Positions 39,003 through 44,872 of a stretch of 44,872 nt of DNA are shown one piece after another. A program made the translations under genes and the position numbers. Below the pieces are notes generated by a model, which was given only the letters and a program-made list of their open reading frames with translations, was not told the origin of the DNA and ran no database searches. Numbering within the stretch: position 1 is the first letter of the stretch; every line of letters starts with the position of its first letter. This DNA is from Candidatus Woesearchaeota archaeon (GTDB lineage Archaea > Nanobdellota > Nanobdellia > SCGC-AAA011-G17 > GW2011-AR20). Location of the stretch: contig JACOZR010000022.1 in the NCBI GenBank assembly GCA_016181245.1, positions 1-44,872 on the forward strand. Direction: 5' to 3'.

Positions 39003-41228
39003 ATGGCAGATGTAGATGTTGTAAAGAGAGTAAGAGAGTTAATGAATAATCCTGAGCAGATTAGGAATATATGTACGTGTGCCCATATCGATATAACTTA
39101 ATAATTTACTACTTTTAAGTTACGACAGCATGGGAAGACGACATTTAGTGATAATTTGCTTTTAGGAGCAGGCATGATCTCTGAGGATTTAGCAGGTAAA
39201 CAGTTGTCTTTAGATTTTCATGAAGATGAGAAAGAAAGAGGCATTACTATTGATGCTGCTAATGTTTCTATGATCCATAAGTTGGCAGATAAAGAATTTT
39301 TAATTAACTTGATTGATACTCCAGGACATGTTGATTTTGGAGGAGATGTTACAAGAGCAATGAGAGCTTGTGATGGAGCTATTGTTTTAGTTTGTGCTGT
39401 TGAAGGAATAATGCCTCAGACAGAGACTGTTTTAAAACAAGCATTAAGAGAAAGAGTTAAGCCAATTTTATTTATTAATAAAGTTGATAGGTTAATCAAA
39501 GAAGTTAAGTTGACCCCTGAAGCAATGCAGCAAAGATTCATTAAGATTATTACAGATGTTAATAGATTAATTAAAAGTATTGCACCTGATGAGTATAAAG
39601 AGAAATGGCAGGTTAATGTTCAAGATGGAAGTGTTGCATTTGGAAGCGCTTTCCATAAATGGGGATTAAGCGTTCCTTATATGCAGAAACATGGAATTTC
39701 TTTTAAGGATGTGATTGAGGCTTATGTTTCTGAAAAGCAATCAGAGTTGGCGAAGAAAGCTCCTATGCATCAAGTTGTTTTAGATATTGTTACAAGACAT
39801 CATCCTAATCCAAGACAAGCTCAAGCTTATAGAATACCGAGAATATGGCAGGGAGATTTAGAGTCAAGTTTAGGAAAATCTTTATTAAGCTGCGATCCGA
39901 ATGGAGAAGTTGCGTTTGTTGTTACTAAAATTGTTGTTGATAAACATGCAGGAGAGGTTGCTGCGGGAAGATTATTTTCTGGAACTGTAAAACAAGGGCA
40001 AGAGGTTTATATGATTGGAGCTAAGAGAAGATTAAGAGCGCAGCAAATTAATATTTATAAGGGAGCACAGAGATTTCAGGTAGAAAGTGCTGTTGCAGGA
40101 AATATTATTGGGATTATTGGACTAAAAGATGCTTTTGCAGGAGAAACTGTTTCAAGTATCGACATGGAACCTTTTGAAGCTATCAAGCATATTTTTGAGC
40201 CTGTTGTTACAAAATCTATTGAAGCAAAGAAAGCAAGTGACTTGCCCAAACTAGTTGAAGTTTTGAGACAAGTTAACAAAGAAGATCCAAGTATTTTTGT
40301 TTCTATTAATGAAGAAACGGGAGAAAATTTAATAGCGGGAATGGGAGAGCTGCATTTAGAAGTTGTTGAAAACAGGATAAGAAAAGAAAAAGGAGTTGAT
40401 GTTAAAACTTCTAATCCTATTGTTGTTTATAGAGAATCAATACTGAAAAAATCTAGAGAAATAGAAGGTAAAAGTCCAAATAAACATAATAAATTTTACT
40501 TTATTGTTGAGCCAATACCAGATAATGTTTATGAAGCGATTAAAAGTGGAGAGATCCAAGATGGCAGGATAAAGAAAACCGACAGAGATCTTTGGGACAA
40601 ATTTGTTAAATTAGGATATGAAATGAAGGAAGCTAGAAGTGTTAAGCAAATATTCAATGGAAATGTTTTGATTGATTCAAGTAAGGGTATTGTTCACATT
40701 GGTGAAGTTATTGAATTAATCATGGATGGGTTTGAGCAGGTTATGAGAGAAGGACCATTAGCAAGAGAACCTGGTATTAAGATGGTAGTAAGATTGAAAG
40801 ATACTACACTACATGAAGATGCTATTCATAGGGGGCCATCACAAGTATTGCCTGCTGTTAGAGAATCAATAAGAGGAGCAATGGTTGATGCACAGGCAGT
40901 TTTGTTTGAGCCGTTACAAATTTTACAAGTAGATATTCCTGCAGAGTATTTAGGAGAAATTTCTAAATTAGCTGGAAATAAAAGAGGACAACTTTTAACT
41001 GTTGAACAAGAAGGCGAGCACATAACTTGTAAGATTAAATTACCTGTTGCTGAAATGTTTGGACTAAGCAATGATTTGAGAAGCGCTACTGAGGGCAGAG
41101 GAAGTTTCTTTGTTCTTGATCAGGCTTTTGAAAAGTTACCTAGTGAGTTACAAGATAAAGTGATTAAGAGCATAAGACAAAGAAAAGGTTTGAAGACTGA
41201 AACTGTTTCTGAATCTGAGGAGAAATGA
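39003..41228 (+). CDS. fusA: elongation factor aEF-2, split by a 36-nt intron (exon 1 39003-39092, exon 2 39129-41228)
   Basis: The ORF-track protein starts at LLGAGMISEDLAGKQ and lacks G1. Exon 1 reads MADVDVVKRVRELMNNPEQIRNICTCAHID. Exon 2 resumes [16 protein letters not shown] in frame. DTPGHVDF, NKVDR and the diphthamide loop HEDAIHRGPSQ are present. The joined length is about 729 aa. Confidence 0.87.
39093..39128 (+). other. BHB-type mini-intron in aEF-2 mRNA
   Basis: The RNA is AUAACUUAAUAAUUUACUACUUUUAAGUUACGACAG with an in-frame UAA. It has a central helix AUCG/CGAC (one A.C mismatch), 3-nt bulges AU|A and AG|C, a perfect 8-bp inner stem UAACUUAA/UUAAGUUA and an outer helix CCCAU/AUGGG. 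Confidence 0.72.
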
Positions 41229-41881
41229 GAAGAGGTTTAATCAGCTTATTAAGTGCATCTTTATTTTTTTATTCTAGCTCTTTTTCTCAAGATGAGATAA
41301 GAATAGGTCCTTATCAACAAGATATAAAAGTTAACTCTTTGGATGGAAGACATTTTTTATTTCATCATAGATATACTACAAAAAATTTGGAAAAATTAGC
41401 TCTTATTTCTGATAATGTTGATGTTTCTTCTGTGACAAGGTATTTATTGCCAAAATCAGGAATAGAACATTTGGGTCTAACGAGCTTGGTATTTAAAGAT
41501 GAAAAGACTGTTGAAACAAGCGATAGTACATATACTCATTATTCATTGGAATTGAAGTTATTACCTACTTTAGACAAAGCCTTTCAAGATAGTGTTATTG
41601 TGCCGGTTTATGATTTTTACTCTATAACTGCTAGAAAAGAAATATTTGTTAATAGGCATAGAACATTTTTCTTGATTATATCTGATGGTGCTTTGGGGAG
41701 AAATAGCGTTGGGTCTGCGGGGTTTAGAAAACCTGTAGATGGTTTTGTTGATAGGGCGGGTTTGTTTAAAGATGGTAAATGGATATCTGTTGAGTTTGCA
41801 GGTGTTTCGAGAGATTCTGCTTTTGTTAAATCTCAAAGAGCTTATATTGAGGTAGTAAATGCTTTAATTGAACAAAAATAG
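41225..41881 (+). CDS. secreted hypothetical protein coupled to aEF-2
   Basis: 218 aa with a signal-peptide-like N-terminus MRRGLISLLSASLFFYSSSFSQ. ATGA overlap with the aEF-2 stop. Confidence 0.45.
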   Translation: MRRGLISLLSASLFFYSSSFSQDEIRIGPYQQDIKVNSLDGRHFLFHHRYTTKNLEKLALISDNVDVSSVTRYLLPKSGIEHLGLTSLVFKDEKTVETSDSTYTHYSLELKLLPTLDKAFQDSVIVPVYDFYSITARKEIFVNRHRTFFLIISDGALGRNSVGSAGFRKPVDGFVDRAGLFKDGKWISVEFAGVSRDSAFVKSQRAYIEVVNALIEQK

Positions 41882-41991
41882 TTACCTTCTATTAGTAGTA
41901 AAAATAGAAAGTTTTATAAACTCCTGTTAACAGTAATATTTATAAATTAAGTTTTTCGTGAACTTGTATATCAAAGGAGGATTATGATAAA

Positions 41992-43275
41992 ATGGCTAAA
42001 GAAAAACCACATCTCAATTTAGTGTTTATTGGTCATGTAGACCACGGAAAGAGTACTACAGTAGGTAGACTATTATTTGATTCTGGAGCTATCACCGAAC
42101 AGGCTTTAAGAAAATTAAGAGAAAAAGCAGAAGAATTAGGAAAGAAAGGATTCGAATTTGCTTTTGTTATGGACAATTTGAAAGAGGAAAGAGAAAGGGG
42201 GGTTACTATTGACCTTTCTCATAAAAAATTTGTTACTGACAAATATGAGTTTACTATAATTGATGCACCAGGACATAAAGATTTTATTAAAAACATGATT
42301 ACAGGAGCTAGTCAAGCAGATGCTGCTGTTTTAGTTGTTGCTGCAACTGATGGTGTTATGGAACAAACTAAAGAGCATATATGGTTGAGTAGAACTTTAG
42401 GTGTTGGGCAAATGATTATTGCTGTCAATAAAATGGATGCAGTAAAGTATGAACAGGCTAGATTTAACAAAGTCAAGGAAGATGTTAGCAATGTTTTGAA
42501 GACTGCAGGATTTAAATTAGATACTGTTGCATTTGTTCCAATTGCTTCATTCCCTGGAGACAATGTTGTTAAGAAATCAAGCAACCTAGGATGGTATACA
42601 GGACCAACATTAAGAGAACAACTTGATTTACTAAAATTACCTGAGAAACCAACTAACTTACCTTTGAGATTACCGATTCAGGATGTATATAATATTACTG
42701 GTATTGGTGTTGTTCCTGTTGGAAGAGTTGAAACAGGAATAATGAAGATTGGAGACAAGGTTATTGTAACTCCAGGAAGAGAAGGTAAGGGTGTTCCTGG
42801 TGAAGTAAAGACTATTGAAATGCACCATGAGCAAGTTACCCAAGCAGAACCAGGAGACAATATTGGATTTAATGTAAGAGGCATTGGAAAGAAAGATATT
42901 GCCAGAGGAGATGTTTTAGGACATACCGATAACCCTCCAACTGTAGCTTCTGAATTTACAGCTCAGATTGTTATCTTGAACCATCCAACTGTTATAACTG
43001 CAGGATATACTCCGGTTTTCCATGTACACACTGCACAAGTAGCATGCCAATTTGTTGAGTTGGTAAAAACAATCAACCCAGCTACAGGTGAAACTTTAAA
43101 AGAAAAACCTGATATGTTGAAAAATGGTGATGCTGCGATTGTAAAGATAAGACCAACTAAGCCAATGGTTATTGAAAAACAAAAGGATATACCTCACATG
43201 GCAAGGTTTGCTATCAGAGATGCAGGAAGTACTGTTGCTGCAGGTATGTGCATTGACGTGACTAAAAAGGTTTAA
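41992..43275 (+). CDS. tuf: elongation factor aEF-1 alpha
   Basis: 427 aa with an uninterrupted GHVDHGKST, plus DAPGHKDF and NKMD. AGGAGG lies upstream. Confidence 0.97.
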   Translation: MAKEKPHLNLVFIGHVDHGKSTTVGRLLFDSGAITEQALRKLREKAEELGKKGFEFAFVMDNLKEERERGVTIDLSHKKFVTDKYEFTIIDAPGHKDFIKNMITGASQADAAVLVVAATDGVMEQTKEHIWLSRTLGVGQMIIAVNKMDAVKYEQARFNKVKEDVSNVLKTAGFKLDTVAFVPIASFPGDNVVKKSSNLGWYTGPTLREQLDLLKLPEKPTNLPLRLPIQDVYNITGIGVVPVGRVETGIMKIGDKVIVTPGREGKGVPGEVKTIEMHHEQVTQAEPGDNIGFNVRGIGKKDIARGDVLGHTDNPPTVASEFTAQIVILNHPTVITAGYTPVFHVHTAQVACQFVELVKTINPATGETLKEKPDMLKNGDAAIVKIRPTKPMVIEKQKDIPHMARFAIRDAGSTVAAGMCIDVTKKV

Positions 43276-43312
43276 TCCTTTTTTTCTTTTTTATATAACT
43301 ATTTAATGTGAG

Positions 43313-43612
43313 ATGAATATGATGGTATACATTTATGATTTAAGACTTACAGTAAGAGAGTTAGGTCGTGAACCAAATATTTTAAGGCAATACTACATGG
43401 AAAATATATCTTTTCCTAATTCAATCCATGTAGGAGAAGATGTTCGACTCAATAATTCAAAAGAGCCGAATCTATCAATGAAAGTTTTGGGTGTTGAGCA
43501 TTTACCCTTACTTTTAGGCAAATCAATGTTAACAGCAGAAACATCATTTGTTGCAGATGATCTACCCAATATAGAAAGTGTTTTATCTAGGTATAACCCA
43601 ATAGAATTTTAG
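43313..43612 (+). CDS. hypothetical protein
   Basis: 99-aa ORF. No domain recognised. Confidence 0.35.
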   Translation: MNMMVYIYDLRLTVRELGREPNILRQYYMENISFPNSIHVGEDVRLNNSKEPNLSMKVLGVEHLPLLLGKSMLTAETSFVADDLPNIESVLSRYNPIEF

Positions 43613-43697
43613 GCTCTATTTTTTATCTATAACCCTTTATCTGACTAGCTACTTTAAATACAAAGATTTATAGGTATTAATTTTATTTATTTAAAGT

Positions 43698-44720
43698 ATG
43701 GGTGATTACTCAAAAGAAGACCTTATATTTTATAACCAATTATCAAAAAAATGGCACCAATTTATAATCTTCTTAAATGATTATTGGATTATATGTAATA
43801 CCATTTCTAAGAAAAGATTGTATGATCGTGTGGATGATTATCGGCAATTATTAATGCATAGGATTTCACTTAGTGACCTAAATGAGTTTAAAGATTTTTT
43901 AAAAACCGGAATTTTTAATAGAAGAAAAAGAAGATTATTATCAATTATTTTAAACAGAAGAGAAATCACCCAAACCGTAATATATGCGCAAAGAAAGTTC
44001 AAAAGAAAAAACATACTATCTAATCCCGATTTAGAATTTGATTATTCACATGAAGCATATCAGATTAATAATTTAGCTTATAATCGTTTTATAACGAGTA
44101 TAAAAAAGTATGAGCTGGATTTTGATAAGTGGAACCAAATCAAACAAGTTTGCGAAAAGAAAAAGATGAATATATTCCAACCAACCTTTACGCATGTGAC
44201 CAAATTCAATTGGACAAAAAAACATTTGGCAGAGTTTCCAACTAAGGGGTTATGCCCGCCTAGGATAATTGATAGGGTAGGAAAGGGTGGTTTTTATGGC
44301 AACAACGTTCCGGACTATGTTTCTTTATTTTACAATGATGATGTTAAGCCTCGTATGTATTATGAATATGCTAATCGGGTCCAATTCATCATAGATAGAG
44401 ACTATATTAAGAATGAAAAAAAACAATTTTGCTTTGGGTATGGTGATGGTGGTGGTGACGGACATTCAAGGAAGATGCAAGAGTATATAGAAGAAAAATG
44501 GTATAACCTTGGTATAACACATGGAAGGAATATAACCCTGTGGGATAATGAAATAGCAAGTCAAAAACCAATACCTTTTAAGGCAATACGGGCCATGATT
44601 GTACCAAGAGAAAAGCTTGGCATAATTAGGGACTACATACTCCCCATATGTATGAAAGATCCAGAATATGCTATTCCAATCTATGATTGTGATGGCAATC
44701 TGATGTGGCCATTAGATTAG
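43698..44720 (+). CDS. hypothetical protein
   Basis: 340-aa ORF rich in Tyr, Trp and Asn, with a GYGDGGGDGH loop. No domain recognised. Confidence 0.5.
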   Translation: MGDYSKEDLIFYNQLSKKWHQFIIFLNDYWIICNTISKKRLYDRVDDYRQLLMHRISLSDLNEFKDFLKTGIFNRRKRRLLSIILNRREITQTVIYAQRKFKRKNILSNPDLEFDYSHEAYQINNLAYNRFITSIKKYELDFDKWNQIKQVCEKKKMNIFQPTFTHVTKFNWTKKHLAEFPTKGLCPPRIIDRVGKGGFYGNNVPDYVSLFYNDDVKPRMYYEYANRVQFIIDRDYIKNEKKQFCFGYGDGGGDGHSRKMQEYIEEKWYNLGITHGRNITLWDNEIASQKPIPFKAIRAMIVPREKLGIIRDYILPICMKDPEYAIPIYDCDGNLMWPLD

Positions 44721-44791
44721 CAGTTTGTTAACTTTTCAAGGAATTTTTAAGCAACTAGAGGGATACTTTTTATCGGCTTTGCGTGGATATT

Positions 44792-44809
44792 AGCTGACTT
44801 TTGTCAGCT
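44792..44809. repeat. hairpin AGCTGAC-TTTT-GTCAGCT
   Basis: 7-bp inverted repeat read directly, about 70 nt downstream of the stop at 44720. Confidence 0.45.
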
Positions 44810-44813
44810 TATT

Positions 44814-44846
44814 ATAATACGCAAGTTTTCTTGCATTGTGTATTAT
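44814..44846. repeat. composite hairpin ATAATAC-GCAAG-TTTT-CTTGC-(ATTGT)-GTATTAT
   Basis: Read directly. It is the second stem with a TTTT loop, immediately after the first and near the window edge. Confidence 0.4.
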
Positions 44847-44872
44847 AATCCTTGCTGTTATTTGGCTTAATC

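Overview
This is an AT-rich archaeal chromosomal window in a small-genome, DPANN-like style. The backbone is information-processing and proteostasis genes. In order they are: DUF3467-grpE-dnaK-(two inserted ORFs)-dnaJ, aIF5B, rps6e, gyrB-(ORF)-gyrA-(ORF), an M50 protease, aIF2-gamma, a presenilin-like protease, aCPSF1, proteasome beta, PIN(Fcf1-like)-rpo7-(inserted ORF)-spt4-rps24e-rps27ae, aEF-2 and aEF-1alpha. About 25 lineage-specific ORFs with no family I can name sit between them, often joined to core genes by 4-8 nt overlaps. I saw no rRNA, tRNA or CRISPR array. The strongest observation is that the two translational GTPase genes that look N-terminally truncated in the ORF track (aIF2-gamma and aEF-2) are each split by a tiny insertion of 30 nt and 36 nt. 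Both insertions lie at the same homologous codon junction of the P-loop, (G/A)H(V/I)D|HGKT. Both fold as canonical archaeal bulge-helix-bulge (BHB) splicing motifs, and the predicted cleavage sites restore the reading frame exactly. These look like related mini-introns in essential protein-coding genes. Other notable items: an orphan reverse transcriptase directly upstream of the intron-containing aIF2-gamma gene; a three-gene operon (HicA-like / HTH plus PD-(D/E)xK nuclease / unknown 503 aa) divergent from an HNH-NUMOD3 protein with six tandem HTH repeats; a CheY-like receiver wedged between dnaK and dnaJ, plus receiver-like ORFs after gyrB and gyrA; two tandem signal-peptide proteins that look like bacterial beta-barrel outer-membrane proteins; and a membrane Ser/Thr kinase. 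All calls come from reading the sequence and ORF track by eye. No database search or folding program was run.
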